DNA of 64,000 bases from assembly GCA_963698595.1 (NCBI GenBank), contig CAVORL010000006.1:140877-204876 (forward strand), given 5' to 3'. Below the pieces are notes generated by a model. It saw nothing but the letters and a program-made list of their open reading frames with translations. It made no database searches and was not told the origin of the DNA. Positions 8,633-18,963 of the stretch are shown here, in pieces. A program made the position numbers and the translations under genes. The stretch is from an uncultured Chloroflexia bacterium. GTDB taxonomy: Bacteria > Chloroflexota > Limnocylindria > Limnocylindrales > CSP1-4. Each line of letters starts with the position of its first letter. Position 1 is the first letter of the stretch.

Positions 8633-11600
8633 ATGCAGCTCCTCGACGGCGCCCCGGTCTACTCCGCCACGGACCTCGTCGGCTTCCTCGCCTGCGGTCA
8701 TCGCTTCGAGCTGGAGCGCGCCGCGCTGGCGGGCCTCGTCGCCAAGCCGTTCCGCAGCGATCCCACGATCGAGCTGATCCAGGAGCGGGGCTTCGAGCAC
8801 GAGGCCCGCTACCTCGCGGACCTCCGGGCGCTGGGTCGGAGCGTCGTCGAGATCGCGCGCGACGGCTCGAACGCCCACACCCGCGAGGGGCTGCGGGAGG
8901 CGACCGAGCAGACCGTGGCGGCCATGCGCGCGGGCGCGGACGTCGTCTACCAGGCCACCTTCTTCGACGAGCGGTGGCGGGGTCACGCCGACTTCCTGTT
9001 GCGGGTCGAGAACACGCCATGGGCGCCGCCGAGCGCCTTCGGAACGTGGCACTACGAGGTCGCCGACACGAAGCTCGCGCGGCACGTGAAGGCCGGTGCC
9101 GTCCTGCAGGTCTGCTCGTACGTCGACCAGCTCGTCCGGCTCCAGGGCGCGGAGCCGGCCGAGCTGCACATCGCGCTCGGCGGCAGCGCGCGCGAGACCG
9201 TGAGCCTGCGGGTCGCCGATTTCATGGCGTACTACCGCCGGGTGAAGGCCGACTTCCTTGCGGCCGCCGACGAGGCCATGGTGGGTCGGCCCGCCTACCC
9301 TCCGGCTGCCACGTACCCCGATCCCGTCGAGCACTGCGACATCTGCCGCTGGTGGGCGGTCTGCAGCGGCCGTCGGCGGGCCGACGACGACCTCAGCCTG
9401 GTGGCGGGGATCAGTGCGCGCCAGCGCCGCGGGCTCAAGCGGCGAGCCCCCGACCATGTGCCCGGGCCGATCGCGACGCGGAGGGGGCTTGCAGCGCTGC
9501 CGCTGCCGCTCCGTCCCCGCCTCGAGGGCAGCACCGACGCTGCGCTCGAGCGGGTCCGTGAGCAGGCCCGGATCCAGGTCGAAGGAGAGGATCGCGGCGA
9601 GACGCTCTGGGAGCTCCTCGAGCCCGAGTGGGCCGAGGACCGGCAGACCGGCGAGCGCGAACTCGTGCCCGACCGCGGTCTCCTCGTGCTGCCCGAGCCG
9701 TCCCCCGGCGATCTCTTTCTCGACCTGGAGGGCGATCCGTTCGCGTTCGATGACGGGATCGACTACCTGTTCGGCGTGCTCGACCCGGCCACCGATGAGG
9801 AGGAGCCTCGCTGGGCCGGGGAGGCGGTCCCGAAGTTCCACGCCTTCTGGAGCCTCGACGACGGGGGCTGCGTGACGCCGGCCGCCGAGAAGGCCGCCTT
9901 CGAGCGGACGATCGACTTCCTCATCGCCCGGCTCGCAGCGGACCCGACGCTTCACGTGTACCACTACGCGGCCTACGAGAAGACTGCGCTCGGGCGCCTC
10001 GCCCAGCGCCACGCCACCCGCGAGGAGGAGGTCGACCGGCTCCTGAGAGGCCGGGTCCTCGTCGACCTCTACCGCGTCGTGCGCCAGGGGGTCCGCGCCA
10101 GCGTAGAGAGCTACTCCATCAAACGCCTCGAGCCCCTGTACGGCCTCGTCCGGGAGGTGGAGCTGCGGGACGCAGGGAGCAGCATCGTCCAGTTCGAGAC
10201 GTGGCTCGGGCGCGGAGCCGATCCCCAGGGTCCCGGGACTGCCGCGGGGGACCCTGGCGACGACGCGATCCTGCGCGAGATCGAGGGCTACAACCGCGAT
10301 GACGTGGTGAGCACCTGGCGGCTCCGGGACTGGCTCGAGGCGCGCCGGCGGGACCTGGGCCTGCGCCTCGGCCTGGACCTGCCGCGGCCGCCGCTCCTCC
10401 CAGAGGCCGTCGAGCCGGAGGAGCCGGTCGGGCGCGCCGCGGAGGTCGCGGCCGTCGTCGAGGCTCTGGAGGCCGGCCGTGCCGGCGTTGCGCCGGAGGA
10501 GCTGCCGACCGCGCAGCACGCCGCCTGGCTGCTGGCCCAGCTTCTCGGCTGGCATCGTCGCGAGAACAAGGCGTTCTGGTGGCGCTACTACGATCTCTGC
10601 GGGAAGACCGACGCAGACCTCGTCGAGGAGCGCGAGCCGCTCGGCATGGTCGAGCTCGAAGCGGACCTCGGGCAGGCGAGCAGGAACGGCGCCCGCCTCC
10701 AGCGCTTCCGGTTCCCCGTCCAGGACCACGCGCTCAAGGTCGGGCGACAGGTCGACGACCCCTGCACGGAGAAGTCCGTCGGGAAGGTCGCCGAGATCGA
10801 CGAGGTGGGCCGCACCGTCACCGTCTACCGGACGGCAGCAGAGCTCGCCCGGGGCGTGCCCGCGTCGCTCCTCCCGAACGACTTCGTGCGGACCGGCGTC
10901 ATCGAAGACTCGCTCCTGCGGATCGGTCGCTGGATTGCCGGACAGGGGGATCCGGCCGCGGGAATCGAAAGCCCGGAGGCACCGTTCCTCGCCGCGCGCG
11001 AGCTGCTCATGCGGCGACCACCGCGGGTTGCCGGGAGGGAGCCCGGGTCAGCGCTCCGTGCGCCGGGCGAGACGGCCCTCGAGGCTGCGACGCGCCTGGC
11101 CCTCGCCCTCGACGGCGGCGTCCTCGCCATCCAGGGACCGCCCGGCACCGGCAAGACCTACACCGGGGCACGGATGATCCTGGCCCTCGTGGCGGCCGGC
11201 AGGACCGTTGGGGTCACGGCGAACAGCCACAAGGTGATCGGCCACGTGCTCGACGCCGTCCACGAGGCCGCCGTCGAGGTGGGCGGGCGGATCGCCATTG
11301 GCCAGAAGCCCGGAGAGGACGACGGCCCGACGTGCGAGCACGCCGAGGTGCTCCGCAACCCTGCCGACATCGCCGCCGCCCTCGCCATGGGCCGCATCCA
11401 GGTGTTCGGTGGCACGGCCTGGCTCTGGTCGGGAGCGGGGATGGAGGCGAGCGTCGACGTCCTCCTCGTCGACGAGGCCGGCCAGTTCAGTCTCGCCAAC
11501 ACGGTCGCAGCCTCCCCGGCCGGCCGCTCCCTCGTCCTGCTGGGCGATCCGCAGCAGCTGGACCAGCCCCTCAAGGGGAGCCACCCTCCCGGAGCGGAGC

Positions 11601-12307
11601 GGAGCGCGCTCGCTCATCTCCTCGCCGGCGCCCCGGGCGGTTCCCAGGCGACGATGCCCCCGGAGCTCGGCCTGTTCATCGAGCGGACGTGGCGGCTCCA
11701 CCCGGAGATCTGCGCCTTCACCGGGGAGGTCTTCTACGAAGGTCGCCTGCTGCCCGAGCCGGGTCTCGAGCGGCAGGTGCTGGCCGGCACTGGGCCGTTC
11801 CACGCGACGGGGATCCGCTGGCTCCCGGTCGTGCATGCCGGCAACGACGTCGACAGTCCCGAGGAGGCTCGCGAGATCGCCGGCCTGCTGAACGAGCTGT
11901 TCGAGCCCGGAGCGGAAGCCCGCTGGACGGACGCCGCTGGGGTCACCCGGCCCCTCCTCCAGGAGCATGTGGTGATCGTCGCGCCGTACAACGCCCACGT
12001 GGACCGGATCGCGGCGACGCTCAGCGCAGCCGGCCTCGGAGGCGTGCGGGTCGGCACCGTGGACAAGTTCCAGGGCCAGGAGGCGCCGCTTTCCATCTAC
12101 GCGATGGGCTCGTCCACGCCGGAGGACGCCCCTCGCGGCATGGAGTTCCTGTACTCCCGGAACCGCCTCAACGTGGCCACCTCGCGGGCACGCTGCGTCG
12201 CCGCCGTGGTGGCGTCGCCCGCTCTCGTGCGGGTCGCCTGTCGGACGCCGCGCCAGATGCGCCTCGCGAACGCCCTGTGCCGCCTCGTCGAGGTGGCGCG
12301 GGCCTAA
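8633..12307 (+). CDS. TM0106-family RecB-like nuclease / RNase H-like / SF1 (Dna2/Upf1-like) helicase
   Basis: PD-(D/E)xK core (HADFL...EVADTK), CDICRWWAVC Cys cluster, FLDLEG...YNRDD, Walker A QGPPGTGKT, DEAGQ, TVDKFQGQE, NRLNVATSRAR. Confidence 0.92.
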   Translation: MQLLDGAPVYSATDLVGFLACGHRFELERAALAGLVAKPFRSDPTIELIQERGFEHEARYLADLRALGRSVVEIARDGSNAHTREGLREATEQTVAAMRAGADVVYQATFFDERWRGHADFLLRVENTPWAPPSAFGTWHYEVADTKLARHVKAGAVLQVCSYVDQLVRLQGAEPAELHIALGGSARETVSLRVADFMAYYRRVKADFLAAADEAMVGRPAYPPAATYPDPVEHCDICRWWAVCSGRRRADDDLSLVAGISARQRRGLKRRAPDHVPGPIATRRGLAALPLPLRPRLEGSTDAALERVREQARIQVEGEDRGETLWELLEPEWAEDRQTGERELVPDRGLLVLPEPSPGDLFLDLEGDPFAFDDGIDYLFGVLDPATDEEEPRWAGEAVPKFHAFWSLDDGGCVTPAAEKAAFERTIDFLIARLAADPTLHVYHYAAYEKTALGRLAQRHATREEEVDRLLRGRVLVDLYRVVRQGVRASVESYSIKRLEPLYGLVREVELRDAGSSIVQFETWLGRGADPQGPGTAAGDPGDDAILREIEGYNRDDVVSTWRLRDWLEARRRDLGLRLGLDLPRPPLLPEAVEPEEPVGRAAEVAAVVEALEAGRAGVAPEELPTAQHAAWLLAQLLGWHRRENKAFWWRYYDLCGKTDADLVEEREPLGMVELEADLGQASRNGARLQRFRFPVQDHALKVGRQVDDPCTEKSVGKVAEIDEVGRTVTVYRTAAELARGVPASLLPNDFVRTGVIEDSLLRIGRWIAGQGDPAAGIESPEAPFLAARELLMRRPPRVAGREPGSALRAPGETALEAATRLALALDGGVLAIQGPPGTGKTYTGARMILALVAAGRTVGVTANSHKVIGHVLDAVHEAAVEVGGRIAIGQKPGEDDGPTCEHAEVLRNPADIAAALAMGRIQVFGGTAWLWSGAGMEASVDVLLVDEAGQFSLANTVAASPAGRSLVLLGDPQQLDQPLKGSHPPGAERSALAHLLAGAPGGSQATMPPELGLFIERTWRLHPEICAFTGEVFYEGRLLPEPGLERQVLAGTGPFHATGIRWLPVVHAGNDVDSPEEAREIAGLLNELFEPGAEARWTDAAGVTRPLLQEHVVIVAPYNAHVDRIAATLSAAGLGGVRVGTVDKFQGQEAPLSIYAMGSSTPEDAPRGMEFLYSRNRLNVATSRARCVAAVVASPALVRVACRTPRQMRLANALCRLVEVARA

Positions 12308-12313
12308 CCCGGG

Positions 12314-13006
12314 TCAGTCGTCGAGGCTGACGGGCGGGTACGGGCCCGTCATGAGGAGCAAGTAGCAGGTGATGCGGTTCTGCCAGCGGATCTGGCCGCC
12401 GACGATCCGGTAGGCCCAGTCCGCGTACCGGCCGTTCACGAGGACCGGGATCCAGGTGAAGAGGCTGAGGAACGCGACGGCGACGCCAAGGAACCACAGC
12501 AGGATGAAGTGGGGGATCAGCAGGATCAAGCGGATCCAGATGCCGAGGATCGGGATCCCCGCCCAGCGGGCGACCGGCTGGGAGTGGTCCCACTGGACGT
12601 CGACGTCGTGGTAGCCCCCGACGGAGAGGGGCGGGTACGCCGAGGCAGCGAGGACGACGTAGGCCTGGACCCGGGTGGTCCAGCGGACGAAGCCGCCCAC
12701 GAACGAGTACCCCCAGGCCGGGTACCGCCCGTTGACCAGCACTGGCATCCACATCACGAGTTGCAGAAGCCCGACGAGAATGGCATAGAAGAAGAGCACG
12801 ATGTAGTGGGGGATCACGACAAGGCTGCGCACGAGCACCCCGACGAGCGGGATGCCCCACAGGCGGCTCATCGTGACCGTCTGGTCGAAGGTCGTGATCA
12901 TCGGGTAGATCGGCGGGCGGGGTCCCGGGGGCGGGATCCCGGGCCCCGGAGGCGGCGCGGCGGCCGGAGGGGGCGTCGGGAGGGTTGGCTCGATCGGGTC
13001 GGTCAC
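12314..13006 (-). CDS. DUF4389 membrane protein
   Basis: Two repeats of IPH...GRYP/A...RW..R...Y....YPP; Pro-rich N-terminus; GGAGG before GTG 13006. Confidence 0.85.
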   Translation of the reverse strand: MTDPIEPTLPTPPPAAAPPPGPGIPPPGPRPPIYPMITTFDQTVTMSRLWGIPLVGVLVRSLVVIPHYIVLFFYAILVGLLQLVMWMPVLVNGRYPAWGYSFVGGFVRWTTRVQAYVVLAASAYPPLSVGGYHDVDVQWDHSQPVARWAGIPILGIWIRLILLIPHFILLWFLGVAVAFLSLFTWIPVLVNGRYADWAYRIVGGQIRWQNRITCYLLLMTGPYPPVSLDD

Positions 13007-13144
13007 CTGGTCCTCCATCGTGGGCGGGGCGCTCGACGATCGTACCGGCTGTGCCAACCCCGCGCCGCGACGCCTCGGCCATCGTCGCCGCGCCCGAGTC
13101 GGTGAGCCGGACGTCGTGGCCGGCCCGGCATTGCCGCTTCCGGC

Positions 13145-14044
13145 TCAGCCGGGGCGCCGCATGCAGCGGATCGACCAGCGCCCGTCGAGGTCCTGGTGGG
13201 CGCCCTCGACCCGGCCGGCCCGCAGCAGCTGGCCGAGGGCGGCGGGCGGTCGGGCGGGGTTCTCGCCGAGCAGCCGGCGGACGCTGCCCTCGGCATTCGC
13301 CTGGGCCGGCGAGATCTGCAGTCCGGGCTCGCCGCAGGCGAGGCGCTGGAGCAGGTCGTTGACGCGGGCGAGGTCGTCGTCCGAGTAGTCGGCCGGGCGC
13401 CGGCGCGTGCCGCCGGTGGGAGTTGTCCTCGGGGGGCTCGGAGCCTCTGCCCCGCCCGCACTCCGCTCGGCCGTCGAGCCCGTCACGCCGTCGGCACGGA
13501 CGGCGCCGCCTGGACGGCGCCGGTTGGCGAAGGGCAGGACGAGAGAGGCGTCGGGGAGAGCCGCCGTCGCGACGGCGGGGACCGCCGTGGCGAATGCCTC
13601 GAGAAGGGCGTCCTCGTACTCCTCTGCGGCGTCCGTCGCAGCCCACCAGGTCCGTGCGCCGCCGATTCCGAGGAGCGCCTTGAGCCACTGGCCACCTGGG
13701 TTCGGCCGGGCGTCGCCCAGCGGCGTGCGGGCCATCCCGTCGACACGCTTCGCGATCGACCTGGCTGATCCCACGTAGACGAGTGTCTCCCCGGGGAGCC
13801 ACCAGGCGGCCAGGCGCGCCGCGAGGCCTTTCCCGGTCGGCCGCTCGCCGTCGACGAGCAGGGTCGGAACCCTCGCCAGCCACGTCCCCACCGCCGAGAT
13901 GTCCACCGGGGCGCGGTCGAGCGTCGCGGGCCACTCCACGACGAAGACCCCGGGGCCTCCGACCCGGATCGGAGCGCCCCACCGACCCGGCCCGTCCGGG
14001 GTCAGCCCGACGGCGCGGAACAGGGCGCTCGGCTCGACCGGCAT
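13145..14044 (-). CDS. Hypothetical protein with GIY-YIG-like nuclease motifs
   Basis: PGVFVV ... LVYVGSARSIAKR ... EEYE ... LPFAN; starts 3 nt after the aspC stop. Confidence 0.6.
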   Translation of the reverse strand: MPVEPSALFRAVGLTPDGPGRWGAPIRVGGPGVFVVEWPATLDRAPVDISAVGTWLARVPTLLVDGERPTGKGLAARLAAWWLPGETLVYVGSARSIAKRVDGMARTPLGDARPNPGGQWLKALLGIGGARTWWAATDAAEEYEDALLEAFATAVPAVATAALPDASLVLPFANRRRPGGAVRADGVTGSTAERSAGGAEAPSPPRTTPTGGTRRRPADYSDDDLARVNDLLQRLACGEPGLQISPAQANAEGSVRRLLGENPARPPAALGQLLRAGRVEGAHQDLDGRWSIRCMRRPG

Positions 14045-14047
14045 CGC

Positions 14048-15253
14048 CTAGGCCGCCACGACGGCGCCGAGAGCGGCGGCGAACGAGTCGAACGTGGCGG
14101 AGGTGAAGCCGGCGACGTTGATGCGGCCCTTCCCGACCACGTAGACGGCGTGCTCTTCGCGGAGGCGGGCCACCTGGTCGACCGAGAGCCCGAGGAGGGC
14201 GAACATGCCGCGTTGCCGCGCGATCGGATCCCAGTCGCCGGGGATGCCGCGTGCCACGAGGGCCTCGACGAGGCGGGCCCGGTTGTCCTTGATCCGGGTC
14301 CGCATCCCCGCCAGCTCGGTCTCCCATCGCGCCCGGAGGTCAGCGTCGCCGAGGATCGTGGCGACGATGTCGGCCCCGTGGCTCGGAGGGTTCGAGTAGT
14401 TGGCCCGGATCGCGATCTTCACGTTGCTCTGGGCGGCCGCGGCGTCCTGCTCGGTGCGGGCCACCAGCAGGAGCGCGCCGACGCGCTCGCTGTAGAGGGC
14501 GAAGTTCTTGGAGAACGAGGTGGAGATGAGGAGCTCCGCCCCGGGTCGGATGAGCCCCTCCATCCAGTCGGCGTCCTCGCGGATCCCGTCCCCGAACCCC
14601 TGGTAGGCGAAGTCCACGAAGGGCAGGAGGCGGCGCTCTTCGACGAGGTCCCCGATGGCCCGCCACAGGGCGGGGGACGGGTCGACGCCGGTCGGGTTGT
14701 GGCACGAACCGTGGAGGAGAACGATGTCGCCGGGCGATGCCTGGCCGAGCGCACCCAGCAGCGCCTCCTCGTCGATCCGACGGCCCGAGGGGTCTGTGTA
14801 CGGGTACGTCCGGATCCGGAACCCGGCCAGCTGGAAGAGCTGAGGATGATTCGGCCATGTCGGCTCGCTCATCCAGATCGTGGCCGACGAGCCGGTCTGG
14901 CGGAGGAAGTCGGCCGCCACGCGCAGGCCACCCGTGCCGCCCGGCGTCTGGCTGACGGCGACCCTGGCGCTCCGTGCGAGCTCGTGGTCCTCGCCGAAGA
15001 CGTAGCCCCGGACCGCATCGCGGTAGTCGGCCGCGCCGTCGATGGGCCGGTAGCCCTTCGGCGCGCCCTTGGTCAGGATGCGTCGCTCCGCCTCGGTCAC
15101 GGACGGCAGCACGGGGGTGGTGCCGGTCTCATCCACGAAGACCCCCGACGACAGGTTGATCTTGCCGGGTCGCGGGTCATTGCGGAACGCCTCGGCGAGG
15201 CCAAGGATGGGGTCGGGCGGGGCGGGCACGCGGGCGAGGGAGGGGAGGGCCAC
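14048..15253 (-). CDS. aspC: Aspartate/aromatic amino acid aminotransferase (class I)
   Basis: PDPILGL, TPGGTGGLR, PTWPNH, CHNPTG, DFAYQGF, SFSKNFALYSER, GRINVAG. Confidence 0.92.
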   Translation of the reverse strand: MALPSLARVPAPPDPILGLAEAFRNDPRPGKINLSSGVFVDETGTTPVLPSVTEAERRILTKGAPKGYRPIDGAADYRDAVRGYVFGEDHELARSARVAVSQTPGGTGGLRVAADFLRQTGSSATIWMSEPTWPNHPQLFQLAGFRIRTYPYTDPSGRRIDEEALLGALGQASPGDIVLLHGSCHNPTGVDPSPALWRAIGDLVEERRLLPFVDFAYQGFGDGIREDADWMEGLIRPGAELLISTSFSKNFALYSERVGALLLVARTEQDAAAAQSNVKIAIRANYSNPPSHGADIVATILGDADLRARWETELAGMRTRIKDNRARLVEALVARGIPGDWDPIARQRGMFALLGLSVDQVARLREEHAVYVVGKGRINVAGFTSATFDSFAAALGAVVAA

Positions 15254-15357
15254 GAAGATCTCCTGAGATCGGGGGCTGGGCGAGCATGCGGGGATGTCGG
15301 CACACGATACCGCGGCTGCCCCGACCCGGATCGGGCGGTGCCGGGTACCCTGCGCGC

Positions 15358-16107
15358 ATGCGCCTGCTCGCCCTCACCTGCGAGGTCCTCGCCCGGTCGG
15401 TCTACCTGTGCGCCGCGCGCTCGCCGCACGTCGTCGACGTCCGCCTCAACCGGCGAGGCCTGCACGACAACCCGCCGAACCTGCGGACGATCCTGCAGGC
15501 CGAGATCGACGGGATCGGGCAGCCCTATGACGCCGTCGTCCTGGCGTACGGGCTGTGCGGCGGGGCGACCGCGGGCCTGCGAGCTGGCGGGATCCCCCTT
15601 GTCGTCCCCCGAGCCCACGATTGCATCACGGTCTTCCTGGGCTCGCGCGACCGCTACGCGCGGGAGTTCACGGACCACCCCGGCACCTACTGGTACGTGC
15701 AGGACTACGTCGAGCGGACCGACGACGGGAGCGCGTTCGGCGGCGTGGGGGCGGTCTCCGACGCCGACGCTCTCGCCACGTACCAGCAGTACGTCACCAA
15801 GTACGGCGAGGACAACGCCTCGTACCTCATGGAGGCCCTCGGCGCCTGGCGCTCCCACTACGACAGGGCGGCATTCGTGGACATGGCCGTCGCCGACCCC
15901 CACGGCGCCGCTGCCGTCGAGGCGCGCACCCGCGAGGACGCGGAACGGCGCGGCTGGACCTTCGAGAAGCTGGCCGGCGAGCTGGTCCTCGTGCGGCGCC
16001 TCATCGACGCCGACTGGAGGGACGAGGACTTCCTCGTCGTCAAGCCGGGCCAGCAGCTCGCCATGTCCTACGACGAAGCGGTGATCCGCGCCGAACCTGC
16101 CGGCTGA
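15358..16107 (+). CDS. DUF1638 protein (corrinoid-activation associated)
   Basis: LTCEVL, GLHDNP, LAYGLCGG, PRAHDCI motifs; TACCCT 6 nt upstream of the ATG. Confidence 0.85.
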   Translation: MRLLALTCEVLARSVYLCAARSPHVVDVRLNRRGLHDNPPNLRTILQAEIDGIGQPYDAVVLAYGLCGGATAGLRAGGIPLVVPRAHDCITVFLGSRDRYAREFTDHPGTYWYVQDYVERTDDGSAFGGVGAVSDADALATYQQYVTKYGEDNASYLMEALGAWRSHYDRAAFVDMAVADPHGAAAVEARTREDAERRGWTFEKLAGELVLVRRLIDADWRDEDFLVVKPGQQLAMSYDEAVIRAEPAG

Positions 16108-16165
16108 CTCCGGCCGCTGCCCCGTCGGCTGACGGGGATCCCGGGGCCCGCCGCCCGGACCGGGA

Positions 16166-17587
<1,422 letters not shown>

Positions 17588-17713
17588 GGCTGGCCTCCCG
17601 GCCTTCGCGGTCGCTGTCGCGGGTGCTTCCGCGGCCGGACCATGGGGCCGTGGGGCGCGCGGCGCCCGCCCCGCCGTCCCGGAGGCCGACTTCCTGGTGG
17701 TCATCTCGGCGCC

Positions 17714-18244
17714 CTACCCGAACCGCGGCTTGTTGCCGAGGTCCGGCGTGCGCCCTTCGAGCAGCTCGCTGAGCACCAGCAGGATCGCATTGGGCTTCGG
17801 CGGGCAGCCCGGGACGTGGACGTCGACCTTGATCGACTGGTGGAGCGGCTCCGCGTGCTTGAGCAGCGCGGGCACCCCCTCGGTCGGCACGCCCGGCTGA
17901 TCGGTGGCCCCCTCCACGTAGATGCGCTCGAGCAGCCTGCGCACCGGGATGCCGTTGCGCATCGAGGGGACGTTGCCGGTCACCGCACAGTCGCCGAGGG
18001 CGACCACGATCGCGCTCTTCGCGCGCGCCGTCCGGGCGAGCTTCAGGTCGTCCTGGCTGCTGACCGCGCCTTCGATGACGGCGACGTCGACGTCCTCGGG
18101 CCACTCCTGCGCGTCCACGAGGGGACCGAACACGATGTCGGCCTTCCGGAGCACCGCGACGATACCCTCGTCGATGTCGAGCAGCGACATGTGGCAGCCG
18201 GAGCAGCCGTCCAGCCAGCAGGTGCCGATCCTCGGCCGGCCCAT
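17714..18244 (-). CDS. hoxY: [NiFe]-hydrogenase small subunit
   Basis: WLDGCSGCHMS, GDCAVTG, VPGCPP. Confidence 0.93.
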   Translation of the reverse strand: MGRPRIGTCWLDGCSGCHMSLLDIDEGIVAVLRKADIVFGPLVDAQEWPEDVDVAVIEGAVSSQDDLKLARTARAKSAIVVALGDCAVTGNVPSMRNGIPVRRLLERIYVEGATDQPGVPTEGVPALLKHAEPLHQSIKVDVHVPGCPPKPNAILLVLSELLEGRTPDLGNKPRFG

Positions 18245-18951
18245 CAGATCCCCCTCCGGATGGAGGTGAGGTGGCTGACGACCGCGTTCTGCTTCGTCAT
18301 CTCCTCCACTCCCCAGCCCTTCTCGGCCAGCGCGCCGGTCGGGCAGGCCTGGACGCACTTGCCGCAGCTCGTGCAGGTGGTGGCCTCGCCCCACGGCCGA
18401 TTCAGCTCCGAGACGAGCATCGACAGGGTCCCGCGAGCCGCCACGTCCCACACGTGGGCGCCCTCGATCTCGGCGCAGGTGCGGACACAGCGCGAGCAGA
18501 GGACGCAGCGGTTGTGGTCGAGCACGTAGCGCGGGTGCGAGGTGTCGACGGCGAGCCGCGGGTAGCTGTAGGGGTAGCGGACGTGGGTGACCCCGTGGTC
18601 CTGGGCCAGGGTCTGCAGCTCGCAGTGCCCCGAGGAGACGCACACGGCGCAGACGTGGTTGCGCTCCGAGAAGAGCAGCTCGAGCGCGATCTTCCGGTAG
18701 GCGTGGAGCTGCGCCGAGCTCGTGACGACCGCCAGGCCCTCCTGCACGGGGGTGGTGCAGGCCGGCTGCAGCCGGCCGACCCCCGAGATCTCTACCACGC
18801 ACAGGCGGCAGGCGCCCGCCGCGCTCAGCCCCTCCATGTAGCAGAGGGCCGGGATGTACGCGTTGTTCGCCCGCGCGACCTCCAGGATCGTCTGGCCGGT
18901 GGCCGCAGCGATGACCTCGCCGTCGATGCGGACCTTCACCTTCTCGGTCAC
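18244..18951 (-). CDS. hoxU: Bidirectional hydrogenase diaphorase Fe-S subunit
   Basis: 2Fe-2S motif (IPALC, GACRLC, QPAC), HVCAVC..C and two CxxCxxC 4Fe-4S motifs. Confidence 0.93.
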   Translation of the reverse strand: MTEKVKVRIDGEVIAAATGQTILEVARANNAYIPALCYMEGLSAAGACRLCVVEISGVGRLQPACTTPVQEGLAVVTSSAQLHAYRKIALELLFSERNHVCAVCVSSGHCELQTLAQDHGVTHVRYPYSYPRLAVDTSHPRYVLDHNRCVLCSRCVRTCAEIEGAHVWDVAARGTLSMLVSELNRPWGEATTCTSCGKCVQACPTGALAEKGWGVEEMTKQNAVVSHLTSIRRGI

Positions 18952-18963
18952 AGCCGGTCCTTC

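Noticed and set aside
6230-10729. Very long antisense ORFs (also 18271-22413, 31237-35001, 57435-61253)
   Set aside because: These are shadow frames opposite well-supported genes, expected in high-GC DNA, and they contain no recognisable motifs.
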